Below, in pieces: positions 1 to 10,371 of a stretch of DNA of 64,000 nt. The number at the start of each line of letters is the position of its first letter. Position 1 is the first letter of the stretch. The notes beneath the pieces were generated by a model. That model had not been told where the DNA came from and made no database searches. It saw only the letters and a program-made list of their open reading frames with translations. The translations under genes were made by a program, and so were the position numbers. The stretch is from Nitrosopumilus sp. (GTDB lineage: Archaea; Thermoproteota; Nitrososphaeria; Nitrososphaerales; Nitrosopumilaceae). The DNA is taken from assembly GCA_965219345.1 (NCBI GenBank), contig OZ244732.1:1664001-1728000 (forward strand), in the 5' to 3' direction.

Positions 1-470
1 TACTCAAATTGGGTTCATGTAAGATGTGCTTCACAAAAAAGATTTTGAGAGAATCATGCAAACCAGTTTTGAGATCCTGCAGAGTTTACCATCATGTTCA
101 TTTTCAAAACTGCCCATACTGTTTTACAGCATTCCAAAAAGGAATACTTAGATGTGCCGAATCTGCATTCTATTTTAGCCCTTACTGCATCGGACATGGA
201 TTTTTCAAATGAAAATATGTTATACAATCTATCAATAGTACTTGCACGTGATGATTGGGTTTCATTGCCAAACACTTCTGCTAGAAAGATAGAGGAGTCC
301 ATGCAAACAGAAACATTGCTTAGTTTATGCAAGAACAATCGAAAAGAATCTGCTACTTGAGCGTCTTAGTGACCTCGATGATGCAAAACCTGTATTTGAA
401 GGTAGGATGACAAACGTAAAACTGCTGTCCAATTCTGGAATCATAAAGGGCGCGGATCCAACATTGCCTT
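1..470 (+). pseudogene. Probable degraded coding sequence of unknown function (fragment 94-360 plus broken flanking frames)
   Basis: Short protein-like frames interrupted by stops and frame changes; no recognisable motif. Confidence 0.25.
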
Positions 471-813
471 AGACTTTTGCCGATGCAGTCACTCCGCACA
501 AGCAGGCAGAATACGGAATTCCGCTTGAAAGCATCGAATGTAGTTGTTCCTTACAGCTGATGTTGAGTGCCAACGGACAGGGTGCAATATGCGTGTAGGA
601 ATAAGCGTCTCTGACAGGAATCACCCATTTGATCTGATGAGATAAAATGCCTGTCGTAAGCTGCAGAAGAGATCATCGTGTTTTTGTTGCAATATTTTTG
701 ATCTCGGTGGCTTTGCTACATTATGATACATGTATTTCTAAACTCGAATTTAAAAATATTATAAACCTACATGCCTAAAACAACATAATATTAGGCAAGA
801 CAGCATCCAGACC

Positions 814-1260
814 ATGGCTCAAGACCTCAGAGACGCAGTAGAGCGGTGGCTGACTCATGAAAGCTACAAGTTCAAGAACACTACTGCAGAAGACGATTCA
901 TTCAGGATCACAGTAAGCCATGTGGGCAGTTTTGGAAACGCCATAGAAATATTTGAGCCAAAAAGCCAGCCAGACGTACTTGTTCTGGGAGCAAAATGCC
1001 CCCTAAAGAACAGCCAGAATGCCAGGTTCCTGAAATTCTCAGATCAACAAAAAGCAGGTTTTGAGGGAAGGGTCACGGAATACTGCAAGGTTATCGGCGC
1101 AGTGCATAGGTTCTCTGAGGAGAACGGCAAAAAAACCGTAGGAATTTACGCTGTTCTGGACAAAAAAGAGCAGCTAAACCATGGGAATTTTGCACAAACC
1201 ATCCAAAAAGTCTCAGAGATGAGTGAGAAGATGACCCGATACTTGATGAAAACGTTCTGA
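814..1260 (+). CDS. Hypothetical protein (DUF2299-like, thaumarchaeal)
   Basis: 148-aa ATG ORF with AT-rich upstream region; resembles archaeal DUF2299-type proteins. Confidence 0.6.
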   Translation: MAQDLRDAVERWLTHESYKFKNTTAEDDSFRITVSHVGSFGNAIEIFEPKSQPDVLVLGAKCPLKNSQNARFLKFSDQQKAGFEGRVTEYCKVIGAVHRFSEENGKKTVGIYAVLDKKEQLNHGNFAQTIQKVSEMSEKMTRYLMKTF

Positions 1261-1472
1261 CGAAAGTCTCCAGATCACTTGATTGATCATCTTGCTTGAC
1301 ACAGTGCAAGAAAATACGTGAAAATTTTCCAGTCAAGTGTAGCAAGAGTCTAGAGGCATTGTTTTGGATGTTCCGAAAAAATAGAAAACAGGCACCACCA
1401 TGCAACTCTTGTCTTGGGGTTTATGCTCTCTTAAAGCAAGATGGCTGCTCCAAAACGCGATTGTGCCCAAAA

Positions 1473-1722
1473 GCTAAACCCCCCTCTACCAAACCCGCTT
1501 TCAGGCACCATACGATATTTCCAAAAACCGCCGTTTTGATGGGGGGTTTAACACCTGTGCCTAGATACGATATGCAACGGTCAAACCACCCAGCTAGCTC
1601 AGCTAGACTAGTATGATCTTTTTTTGTTGTGCGTAAATGCTAAACCCCCTAAATTTTAGTAAAAAATAAAGAAAAAGTAGTTGTCAATCACCCATTTTTT
1701 CTGAAATGGTAGGGGTTTTTTA
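1473..1722. repeat. Four TAAACCCCC-type motifs in alternating orientation
   Basis: GCTAAACCCCCC 1473-1484, GGGGGGTTTA 1541-1550, GCTAAACCCCC 1639-1649, TAGGGGTTT 1710-1718. Confidence 0.5.
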
Positions 1723-1873
1723 GTGAAATTTCCGCGGATTTTATGTTATTCTATGTGATAATAATATTTGAGTTCAGACCTATCTATGCCCCTTGTGCCA
1801 TTCGTTGCACTAGGTCTGAATTTCTTCCTAAAAATTGCGTTTCAACTATATACCAAAATAATTTAGGGTTTTC

Positions 1874-2359
1874 ATGGGAGGTATTGTGATTGTGATTATA
1901 ATTGGAGCAATAATTGCTTCAATGGGAGCTGGAATGTTCATGTATTCACAATACCAAACAAACTACATCTCATCAATAGCAGGAGAAACAATTATCATTG
2001 GACCAGTAGAATATGTTATTACATTTGAAGGAACACATGAGGGAAGTAAAGAAGTTGTGCCAGAAAATGTATTTGTAAAAATTGGAATTAGTGCAAAAAA
2101 CACAAGTAATGAAAAAACTATGCTTACAGGAGGACAATTTTACATTATTGATGACAAAGAGCAGAAACATGAAGCAGTATATGGAGAATTTTCTTCTAAA
2201 GACCTATTCATAGAATGGTTAGAGCCAAACAAACCAATTGAAATTACAACACAGTTTGATATTCCGTTTGATGAAGAAACACAATACAAAATAATTGTTA
2301 GACCACAAAAAGAACAATCAACTGTTGATACAGCTGTTGTTTGTATAACAAATTGTTGA
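1874..2359 (+). CDS. Membrane-anchored DUF4352-domain protein
   Basis: N-terminal TM helix, Ig-like beta-rich domain with WLEPNKP..TTQFDIP pattern. Confidence 0.75.
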   Translation: MGGIVIVIIIGAIIASMGAGMFMYSQYQTNYISSIAGETIIIGPVEYVITFEGTHEGSKEVVPENVFVKIGISAKNTSNEKTMLTGGQFYIIDDKEQKHEAVYGEFSSKDLFIEWLEPNKPIEITTQFDIPFDEETQYKIIVRPQKEQSTVDTAVVCITNC

Positions 2360-2458
2360 TCGCAAATTTTTAAAACAAAAAAGTGTCAAATTTTACTATT
2401 GTTAGCGTAGTTATGTGTGACTTGTACTATATAACATCATAACTTTTGCAAAAAAGTC

Positions 2459-2758
2459 ATGGCAATATCTAAAGCCAAAAGAGCAGCAGCAGCTAAAAAA
2501 GCAGCAAGAACTCGAAAGAGAAATGCAGCAGCTAAAGCAGCAGCAGCAGCAAAGACAAGAGCATCTCGAAGGAGAAAAGCAGCAGCTAAAAGAGGTGCAG
2601 CAACTCGTAAGAGAAAGGTATCACGTAAAGCTCCAAAAAGAAAGGCAGCTAAACGTAAAGCTCCAAAAAGAAAGGCAGCTAAACGTAAAGCTCCAAAAAG
2701 AAAGGCAGCTAAACGTAAAGCTCCAAAAAGAAAGGCAGCTAAACGCAGAAAACGTTAA
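2459..2758 (+). CDS. Lys/Arg/Ala-rich histone H1-like basic protein
   Basis: 99 aa dominated by K/R/A; RKAPKRKAAK repeats; T-rich terminator-like tract follows. Confidence 0.8.
   Translation: MAISKAKRAAAAKKAARTRKRNAAAKAAAAAKTRASRRRKAAAKRGAATRKRKVSRKAPKRKAAKRKAPKRKAAKRKAPKRKAAKRKAPKRKAAKRRKR
2624..2743 (+). repeat. Four perfect 30-bp tandem repeats inside the basic protein gene
   Basis: CGTAAAGCTCCAAAAAGAAAGGCAGCTAAA x4. Confidence 0.95.
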
Positions 2759-2839
2759 ACTGTCTTACAAACTTTTTTCTATTTTTTTAATTCTTAATTA
2801 AATATATTTCTAAACTCAAATTTAGAAACATTCTAATTT

Positions 2840-3244
2840 CTATTCATTCATTTTTAATTCAGGCAATACAAAAACTTTGTTTGGTTTAATTTTTAGAATT
2901 ACTCTTTTTTCATCATCACGTTTGAATGGATAATGTTCACGACCCATGTATTGTTGTGTAAGTTTGTCTGCATGTTTGTAACTATAATCTGGAATCAGCT
3001 CTTCAACGATTCCACGAATTGTTGTCATATCAAGTGGGTTATTTTTTGATACAACAGATACCGCAACACGAGTGTCACGTAAAACATTTTTGTGTTTTAT
3101 CCTACCTTCTGCAGTATTTACTAGAATATATCCGTCTTCATAATTTGCCCAAACAGGAGATACTTGCGGTGAACCATCTTTCATGATTGTTGCAATAAAA
3201 ACGAGATTTTTTTCAGAAAATAATTTTACAGCCTTTTCTTCCAA
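2840..3244 (-). CDS. PPOX-class putative F420-dependent oxidoreductase
   Basis: ATIMKDGSPQVSPVW and K.KN..RD.RVAVSV motifs. Confidence 0.85.
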   Translation of the reverse strand: MEEKAVKLFSEKNLVFIATIMKDGSPQVSPVWANYEDGYILVNTAEGRIKHKNVLRDTRVAVSVVSKNNPLDMTTIRGIVEELIPDYSYKHADKLTQQYMGREHYPFKRDDEKRVILKIKPNKVFVLPELKMNE

Positions 3245-3256
3245 TACCGTTCATCA

Positions 3257-3760
3257 TCATTTTTTTGCAGAATTTTCAAGTATATTGGTCATGGCACGGT
3301 TCATAATCTCCATTACCAAGTATTGAGAATATTCTTTAGATTTTTTGCCCTTTGATTTGGGAGTTTTTGGTGTTAAACCTTTGAGAATCTTTTCAATTTT
3401 GGCTGATGTATGATCAATGACCTTGGAATATTTTGAATCAAAATCTTCAGGAGCATGAAAATCCAACAATTTGATAGATGTGCCATAATATTTTTTTATA
3501 GCACCCCTTGATTCTTCAATTTTCACGATTTCAATTAATCCAGCATTTTTGAGGATTTCCAGATGGTGACGAATTGTTGTTAATGCTTTTTTACATCCTT
3601 TCTTTTTTAGAGCAGTTGTGATCTGATCCGCAGAAAGTTTTTGATGGTATAAAATTTCTACAATTTTAGCTCGTGCAGGATCTTCAATTGCACGTGCGTG
3701 TTCAATATTGGTTGTAACAATACGATTTACTTTGATTTGTTTTTCTAATAGGGTAGACAT
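3257..3760 (-). CDS. ArsR-family winged-helix transcriptional regulator
   Basis: DPARAKIVEIL...TIRHHLEILKNAGLI HTH pattern. Confidence 0.85.
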   Translation of the reverse strand: MSTLLEKQIKVNRIVTTNIEHARAIEDPARAKIVEILYHQKLSADQITTALKKKGCKKALTTIRHHLEILKNAGLIEIVKIEESRGAIKKYYGTSIKLLDFHAPEDFDSKYSKVIDHTSAKIEKILKGLTPKTPKSKGKKSKEYSQYLVMEIMNRAMTNILENSAKK

Positions 3761-3772
3761 GCTAAGATTACC

Positions 3773-3789
3773 TTTAGATCTGATCTAAA
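3773..3789. promoter_or_regulatory. Perfect palindrome just upstream of the ArsR-family gene, candidate operator
   Basis: TTTAGATC-T-GATCTAAA, 12 bp from the start codon. Confidence 0.45.
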
Positions 3790-4087
3790 AGATCCTTGTA
3801 TCATATTTTTTTGTCTAATAGCATCAATTTTTTTTCATTTTAATAAATTTCATAATGTTACTAAAAATATCGTAATGCTTTTCATAATATTGATACCATT
3901 ACAATGAATATAGAAGTGGTAGAATAATTATTGTAACGGTTTCAGATATTTTCAAAAATATTAAAAAAATATAGTTCTGGGAAATAATGTTGGCAAATGA
4001 CTCATCAAGACGTAATTTATCAAAATATCAAAAATGAAATTCGAGTTAATGTTAGCTTCTAGTCAACAACAAATAAACAGTGAAGAG

Positions 4088-4912
4088 TCAGAGAGAACTT
4101 CCCGAAAGTTTTTCATATGCAGTTACATAACGTTCTGTCATCTTTGCAATTATCTCTTGTGGAATTTCTGGAGGGATAGGTTCTTTTCCTGCATTACGTG
4201 CATCATCAAATTGTTTTTGATATCCATTAGCAGTCAGCCAATCACGCAAAAGCTGTTTATCATATGCTTCTTGAATTTTTCCTACCTCAAAAGATTCTTT
4301 TGGCCATAGACGATACTCATCGGGTCCAATTGAATCGCCTAGAGTAATTTGCCCATCCAAGATTCCAAATTCTAATTTCAAATCAGCCAAGATAAAACCA
4401 ACACCTTCAGTAATTTCTGCCATTTTTTTGTAAATTTCAATCGAAGTCTTTTCTAGCCAATTAAATTGTTCTTCAGTAACTAAATTCATCTCTAAAGCTT
4501 TTGATTTGTCAATAGGGATATCATGCTCTGATTTTGTAGTAGGATCGAAAATTGGTTCTGGAAGTTTCGTAGCCAATGCAGTGTCAGTACCTTCAGGCAA
4601 TGTAACTTCACCATTCTTCCATCGGTTTACTAAACTTCCATAGAAATAGCCTCTAACAACACACTCTATTGGGAGCATCTGCATCTTTTTTACAACAATC
4701 TCAGTATCGGATTCATGTCTAACAAAATGATTTCTTACTGATAGTTTATTGAACCAAAACTCTGCGAATTTGCACAAAACTTCACCCTTTCGTGGAATAT
4801 CCTGCTTGAATTTGACATCATATGCAGAAACTCTGTCTGAGAACTTGAAAAGAAACGTATCTTCATCTATATCATAGATGTCCTTTACTTTACCACTTGT
4901 AAGAAACTTCAA
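4088..4912 (-). CDS. purC: SAICAR synthetase
   Basis: [41 protein letters not shown] motifs. Confidence 0.97.
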   Translation of the reverse strand: MKFLTSGKVKDIYDIDEDTFLFKFSDRVSAYDVKFKQDIPRKGEVLCKFAEFWFNKLSVRNHFVRHESDTEIVVKKMQMLPIECVVRGYFYGSLVNRWKNGEVTLPEGTDTALATKLPEPIFDPTTKSEHDIPIDKSKALEMNLVTEEQFNWLEKTSIEIYKKMAEITEGVGFILADLKLEFGILDGQITLGDSIGPDEYRLWPKESFEVGKIQEAYDKQLLRDWLTANGYQKQFDDARNAGKEPIPPEIPQEIIAKMTERYVTAYEKLSGSSL

Positions 4913-4957
4913 ACAATCACACTTGATTTTGATGTGATTTAACTTATAGTAAAAAGG

Positions 4958-5344
4958 TCATGAACCCATCATACCAACCATCTTTGGCATCTCACGATAT
5001 GCTTTATTTACAAATATATCGTTATCGGCACTAATCATCACAAACTCCATTGGATTATCAGGAGGTGGGGAGAGTATAATTTTTTGTCCTGCTTTTAGAG
5101 TTGCAAGATCAAGAGTATCTCCAGCCCCAAAGTTTACATGAATATTTGTTAATGGTTGAGAACCAGTATTCTGAATTGTTACTCTCCCCATTACAAATAG
5201 ACTCTGTTTGTCTAAAATTGGATCAACAAAGATATCATAATCCTGAGTTGAAACAGATAATTTCAAAATATCTGCGCCAAAAATTACTCCCATTATTGCG
5301 ATTCCTCCAACACCCACAGCAATAATAACAGCATATTGATTCAC
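4958..5344 (-). CDS. Hypothetical membrane-anchored protein
   Basis: N-terminal hydrophobic helix followed by an Ig-like beta domain. Confidence 0.7.
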   Translation of the reverse strand: MNQYAVIIAVGVGGIAIMGVIFGADILKLSVSTQDYDIFVDPILDKQSLFVMGRVTIQNTGSQPLTNIHVNFGAGDTLDLATLKAGQKIILSPPPDNPMEFVMISADNDIFVNKAYREMPKMVGMMGS

Positions 5345-5379
5345 AAATTTTGTGTTGTTTTTCTAATAATTAAGATTAA

Positions 5380-5658
5380 TTACTTTACTTCAACACCATT
5401 CCAAAAGGCCACCATTCCTTTGATTTTCTTAGCAGCATCATTTGGTTCCTCATAATACCATGCACAATCTTTGTTAGTTTTTCCACTTACGGTAATAGAA
5501 TAGTAATTTGCCATTCCTTTCCAACCACAAAGAGTTGTTAATTCAGTCTTTTGGAAATACTCCTGTTTTATTGAATCAAATGGAAAATAATGATTTCCCT
5601 CAACTAAAACGGTTTCATTACTTTCAGCAATTACGACATCATTCCATATAGCTTGCAC
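5380..5658 (-). CDS. DUF427 family protein
   Basis: VEGNHYFP, CGWKG.A.YY, AWYY.EP motifs. Confidence 0.9.
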   Translation of the reverse strand: MQAIWNDVVIAESNETVLVEGNHYFPFDSIKQEYFQKTELTTLCGWKGMANYYSITVSGKTNKDCAWYYEEPNDAAKKIKGMVAFWNGVEVK

Positions 5659-5661
5659 GAT

Positions 5662-7095
5662 TTATTCGCCTTTCATCTCTAGTCTGCTTCTAAATTGAGG
5701 AGTAATTCCAAGAGAAGCATAGTTGCCTGAAGAGCATGTAAAGCACATAGAGTCTTTTGGAATGCCAACTGCTGCTGCAAGATTTTCAGCATCATTATAT
5801 CCCAAAAAGTCCGCACCTATGCTCTGTCTTACCATCTCAGTGGTTTGTTCCGGTGTCATATCTTTTCCGTTAGAAAATGTTGCAAGTTCTTCTTGTGATG
5901 GAAAGTCAATTCCAGCATAACATGGAAATTTGATTGGCGGGTATGTAATGACCATACTAATTTTTTTGGCACCTGCCCTTCGAAGTGCCTTAATAATTGC
6001 CTTAGAACTTGTGCCTCTAACTAAACTATCATCAATTACAACAACGTGTTTTCCTTCAATTATTTCTTTAATAGGAATAATCCATCTATTGATCTCTATT
6101 CTGTCAGTTTGATGTGGTTCAATAAAACTTCGCAATGGTCCTTTCTTACTATATCTGTCTTTGAGTAAGCCTTCATCAAAAGGCACTCCAAGTTCTTGTG
6201 CATATCCCAATGCCGCAGGTCTAGCAGAGTCAGGTACAGGTATCACTAAATCTGCATCTTTAATTGAAAATTTCTTTGCCAGAAATCTACCAATGTTTTT
6301 TCTTGCAACATAGATGTTAGTTCCTTCCATGTTGCTTGATGGATGTGCAAAGTAAGTAAATTCAAAAGAACAATGTGCACGTTCAGGATTATCAGAAAAG
6401 CGTTCGGTTTCTAATCCATTTTTGCTTAACTTGATTAATTCGCCAGGGTTTACATTTCGTTGCAGTTCAGCCCCAACTGCAGATAATGCAGAAGATTCAG
6501 ATGCAACAATGTAAGTATTGTCTATTTCTTTATGTCCTAAAACCATTGGACGAAAGCCTTTAGGATCACGTGCAGCATAAACAGAATTATCATCAGAAAT
6601 AAATGTAAAACAATAAGACCCAGCTATCTCGTTTTTAAGAATTGAGAGGGCTTTGCCCATCTGACCATTCTCAGAGATCAGTGTAACAAGTCTTTGTGCT
6701 GCAACAAGTGTATCACTTGCATTTTGTGGCGTAAATGAACAACCCCCTACAAGATTTGATAGTTCTTGAACATTTGCAATGGTTCCATTATGGGCAATAC
6801 AAAGATCTTTCACTTTGAGAGGTTGTGCATTTTTAAGGGAACTTTGGCCCATGGTGGAATAACGTACATGTCCAATTACTGAAGGAGAAGCATATTCTTG
6901 GGTAATTGCCTTAAATTCCGAGGATGCCGCAGAAACTAGTCCCAACCTCTTTAGTGGCTCTTTGTTTGGAATTGCAAGACCCCATGCTTCTTGACCTCGA
7001 TGTTGTAGTGCTCTTAGTGCATCAATTACCATAGGTATCACATTGGTTCCACTTTGACTGTAGATTCCAACTACGCCACAATTCTCCTTAACCAT
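5662..7095 (-). CDS. purF: Amidophosphoribosyltransferase
   Basis: ENCGVVG, LQHRGQE, GHVRYST, VIDDSLVRGTS motifs. Confidence 0.97.
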   Translation of the reverse strand: MVKENCGVVGIYSQSGTNVIPMVIDALRALQHRGQEAWGLAIPNKEPLKRLGLVSAASSEFKAITQEYASPSVIGHVRYSTMGQSSLKNAQPLKVKDLCIAHNGTIANVQELSNLVGGCSFTPQNASDTLVAAQRLVTLISENGQMGKALSILKNEIAGSYCFTFISDDNSVYAARDPKGFRPMVLGHKEIDNTYIVASESSALSAVGAELQRNVNPGELIKLSKNGLETERFSDNPERAHCSFEFTYFAHPSSNMEGTNIYVARKNIGRFLAKKFSIKDADLVIPVPDSARPAALGYAQELGVPFDEGLLKDRYSKKGPLRSFIEPHQTDRIEINRWIIPIKEIIEGKHVVVIDDSLVRGTSSKAIIKALRRAGAKKISMVITYPPIKFPCYAGIDFPSQEELATFSNGKDMTPEQTTEMVRQSIGADFLGYNDAENLAAAVGIPKDSMCFTCSSGNYASLGITPQFRSRLEMKGE

Positions 7096-9253
7096 GAAGC
7101 ACCAAGTCCTTTAACGAATTTACCCAAGTCTTTTGCGCAATATCAACTCTTAGATCAATGATTGACTTTGATCCCTTTGTGAATTGAATTTTCTTTCCTG
7201 TAAACTTACCAATAAGTTTGAATGAAACTTTGTTCTTATTGAGCAATGTTTCAAGTTTTTTGAGATTTTTCTTGTCTAATACTAAGAGATAGCGAGAATG
7301 ACTTTCAGAAAATAAAATTCTGTCAACATCAAGTTTCTCACCGGGGACTTTTTCTAACGATATTTTACAACCAATTTGATTTGTCATACAAAGTTCAGAT
7401 ACTGCAACTACCAGTCCTCCTTTTGAACAATCGTGAGCAACTTTTATGAGTTTATTTTCAATAATATCCAACACTGCTTTCATGTTTTTCTTTGATTCTG
7501 CAAAATTGACAGTAGGGCATTTTCCTCCAATGAAGTTATGGACGTATTCAAAGTATTCAGAACCACCCATCTCATCTTTGGTATTTCCAACAATTACAAG
7601 ATAGTCATTATCTGTGATCTTTTGAGGGACAAGGGGATTTTTGTCAATTAGCCCCAAGACTCCAATTAATGGAGTTGGTTTGATTGGACCCATAGGTGTT
7701 TCATTGTACAAACTTACCTTGCCTCCAACGCAAGGAATCTTGAAATCATTAGCAAAATCAGTTAACCCTTTTAGAGATTCTAAAAATGTCCAAAATATTT
7801 CAGGATCTTTTGGATTTCCAAATTGAAGATGATCAAGCATGCCAACTGGTTTTGCGCCAGTACAGACAACATTTCTACATGCCTCCTCAAAACAACCTAT
7901 CGCACCTTCTCTTGGATTGATGTAACATTGTTTAGGATTTCCGTCAATCTTTACAGAAAGGAATTTTCCGTTATCTAATCGTAAAACTGATGCATCATAT
8001 CCAGGCTTTACGACAGTCCTAATACCAACTTCATGATCATATTGTCCATAAACCCAAATTTTGCTTGCTATATTTGGTGCAGCAAGTAATTTCATCATTG
8101 TTTTAGAATAATCAGAAATTGGTTCAAGTTTTTTTTCTTTTTCAATTGTTTTTAGATATGCAGGCTTTTGTGATGGTAGATCTAGAAGAGTTGCATTTGC
8201 AATAACATTAGTTGGGAGATTTGCAAATGTCTTTTTGCCTTTTTTCACATGCATCTGATTATCTGATTTTACATGACCAATTACAGAGCATGCAATACGG
8301 AATTTCTTGCAAATTTCTTGCAGTTTTTCTAATTTAGTTTTGCTTGTGATAATTAGCATTCTCTCTTGCGATTCAGATACCATAATTTCGTCTGGATGCA
8401 TATTTGATTCACGTGTGTGAACCCTATCAACATCCATCTCTATTCCGACTTCTAACGTATCAGCAATCTCTGAAACGGCACAGGACAGTCCACCGCCCCC
8501 AAGGTCTTTCATGGCGTTAATTAGTTTTTGATTTCGTGCCTCCAAGATCGCCTCTATGATTAATTTCTCAATAAAAGGATCTGGAATTTGAACTGCAGAG
8601 CGATCTTCGGATTCTAAAGAATCAGAAGCAAACTGAGATCCGCCCATTCCATCTCTGCCAGTGGAACCTCCAAGTAACACAACCAAGTCTCCTTTCTTAG
8701 TGTGATTTTTAATCAAATTCTCTTTTTTTCCAAACCCTACTGCCGCTACATCAACTAGTGCATAGTTTTGATAGCAGTCATCAAACTCAACCTCACCTCC
8801 AATAGTTGGAATGCCTAAACAGTTTCCATAGTCAGCAATTCCAGTAACTGCATTTTTGAAAAGCCATCTTGCTTGTTGATCTTTTTCTATATTTCCAAAA
8901 CGCAATCCGTCAAATATTGCAATAGGTCTTGTACCTGCTGATAAAATATCTCTAATTACACCGCCAACACCAGTTGCAGCCCCACCATATGGTTCAACGG
9001 CAGACGGATGATTATGACTTTCAATGTGTGCAGTTACAACGTAGCCACCTCCAACATCTAGTACACCAGAATCATATCCTTTCTCATGAATTACAAGAGG
9101 TCCCTTCATCGGCAACATTTTGAGATGTTTTTTTGATGATTTGTAAGAGCAATGCTCAGACCATTCTGCAGCTATAATTTGTAATTCAGTAGAAGTTGGA
9201 GTTCTACCAATTTTTGATTTTAGTTCAGTTAGTTCTTGTGGTTCAAGACTCAA
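7088..9253 (-). CDS. purL: FGAM synthase subunit PurL
   Basis: WSEHCSYKSS, ESHNHPS, GGKVSLYNET motifs. Confidence 0.97.
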   Translation of the reverse strand: MSLEPQELTELKSKIGRTPTSTELQIIAAEWSEHCSYKSSKKHLKMLPMKGPLVIHEKGYDSGVLDVGGGYVVTAHIESHNHPSAVEPYGGAATGVGGVIRDILSAGTRPIAIFDGLRFGNIEKDQQARWLFKNAVTGIADYGNCLGIPTIGGEVEFDDCYQNYALVDVAAVGFGKKENLIKNHTKKGDLVVLLGGSTGRDGMGGSQFASDSLESEDRSAVQIPDPFIEKLIIEAILEARNQKLINAMKDLGGGGLSCAVSEIADTLEVGIEMDVDRVHTRESNMHPDEIMVSESQERMLIITSKTKLEKLQEICKKFRIACSVIGHVKSDNQMHVKKGKKTFANLPTNVIANATLLDLPSQKPAYLKTIEKEKKLEPISDYSKTMMKLLAAPNIASKIWVYGQYDHEVGIRTVVKPGYDASVLRLDNGKFLSVKIDGNPKQCYINPREGAIGCFEEACRNVVCTGAKPVGMLDHLQFGNPKDPEIFWTFLESLKGLTDFANDFKIPCVGGKVSLYNETPMGPIKPTPLIGVLGLIDKNPLVPQKITDNDYLVIVGNTKDEMGGSEYFEYVHNFIGGKCPTVNFAESKKNMKAVLDIIENKLIKVAHDCSKGGLVVAVSELCMTNQIGCKISLEKVPGEKLDVDRILFSESHSRYLLVLDKKNLKKLETLLNKNKVSFKLIGKFTGKKIQFTKGSKSIIDLRVDIAQKTWVNSLKDLVLHG

Positions 9254-9930
9254 GTAACAACACCCATTTTTGCCATTAGAGATTCAAAGATGAGAGAGGA
9301 AGGCTTGTTATCAATTGGATTAATTTCAGACTCTACTGCTCTTTCTGGATGTGGCATCATGCCAACAACATTTCCTTCCTCATTACAGACACCTGCAATT
9401 CTGTTTGAAGAGCCATTTACAACTTGACTGTATCTAAATACAATCTGGTTTTTTTTCTTTAATTGTTTTAGAGTATCATCATCAACATAATATCTTCCTT
9501 CACCATTTGCGATTGGTATTGGGATTTTCTCATGCAGTTTGAATTGATTTGTAAATGGAGTCTTGTTGTTTTCGACAATCAAATTTGTCCATTCACACAT
9601 AAAATTTAGAGACTTATTTTTGAGCAGAACCCCGGGAAGTAAACCAGATTCTACAAGGATCTGAAATCCATTACATACACCTAAAATTGGAATTCCTTTT
9701 TCTGCCATTTTTTGGATATCTTTAATGACTGGACTATGAGCCGCGATTACTCCGGCTCTAAGTCTATCTCCATAAGAGAATCCACCCGGAAGAATTACTG
9801 CATCAATATTTTTTGAGAGAGGTTTCTCATGCCAATAGTATTGTGTATCAAGATTAAAGACATCAGTTAGCACATGATACATATCACGATCACAGTTACT
9901 ACCAGGAAAAACTACAACCCCAACCTTCAC
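9250..9930 (-). CDS. purQ: FGAM synthase glutaminase subunit PurQ
   Basis: FPGSNCD, PGGFSYGD, GVCNGFQ, MMPHPER motifs. Confidence 0.97.
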   Translation of the reverse strand: MKVGVVVFPGSNCDRDMYHVLTDVFNLDTQYYWHEKPLSKNIDAVILPGGFSYGDRLRAGVIAAHSPVIKDIQKMAEKGIPILGVCNGFQILVESGLLPGVLLKNKSLNFMCEWTNLIVENNKTPFTNQFKLHEKIPIPIANGEGRYYVDDDTLKQLKKKNQIVFRYSQVVNGSSNRIAGVCNEEGNVVGMMPHPERAVESEINPIDNKPSSLIFESLMAKMGVVT

Positions 9931-9979
9931 ATTTGTATTTACAATTAGTGATATTTAATTTGAATCGAATCTGAAAAGT

Positions 9980-10240
9980 CTAGGCATCAAAAACAACTAC
10001 CGATACTTTGCTAACCATGGGATTGAATATTCGTAGTTCATCACAGATCTCTTGTATTTTTGATTGAGCAGTCTTTTTGTCTTTTTCTTTGATTGTGAAT
10101 TTTAGCATCTTTGCAGTTTTGATTTTAGAAACTGTTTTGTGAGTTCCTTTTAAAACTAGATCATTTAGAATAGTATCCCCTTCAGGATCACTGATACCAG
10201 GTTTATTTTCTATGGTGACGTGAACATTAAAAGTTGCCAT
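9980..10240 (-). CDS. purS: FGAM synthase subunit PurS
   Basis: KPGISDPEG and NP motifs; upstream of purQ/purL. Confidence 0.93.
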   Translation of the reverse strand: MATFNVHVTIENKPGISDPEGDTILNDLVLKGTHKTVSKIKTAKMLKFTIKEKDKKTAQSKIQEICDELRIFNPMVSKVSVVVFDA

Positions 10241-10371
10241 TAACAATTTTCAAATTTAAATCGAGATTAATCTATCTTCCGAATAATTTTATACATTCAT
10301 GCTTATTTTGAAAAATATATCAGGCTACCTATTAAAAATAGAGATACTACAAAACAACTCCTAGTTTTGAA

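Noticed and set aside
1091-1616. ORFs 1091-1405 (-) and 1296-1616 (+)
   Set aside because: No recognisable motifs, overlap each other and the motif-rich non-coding region
2624-2743. CRISPR array
   Set aside because: Repeats are directly adjacent with no spacers and lie in a coding frame; no CRISPR array or cas gene was seen in the window
2523-2801. Alternative-frame ORF with KERQLNVKLQ repeats
   Set aside because: Shadow of the 30-bp repeat in the basic protein gene
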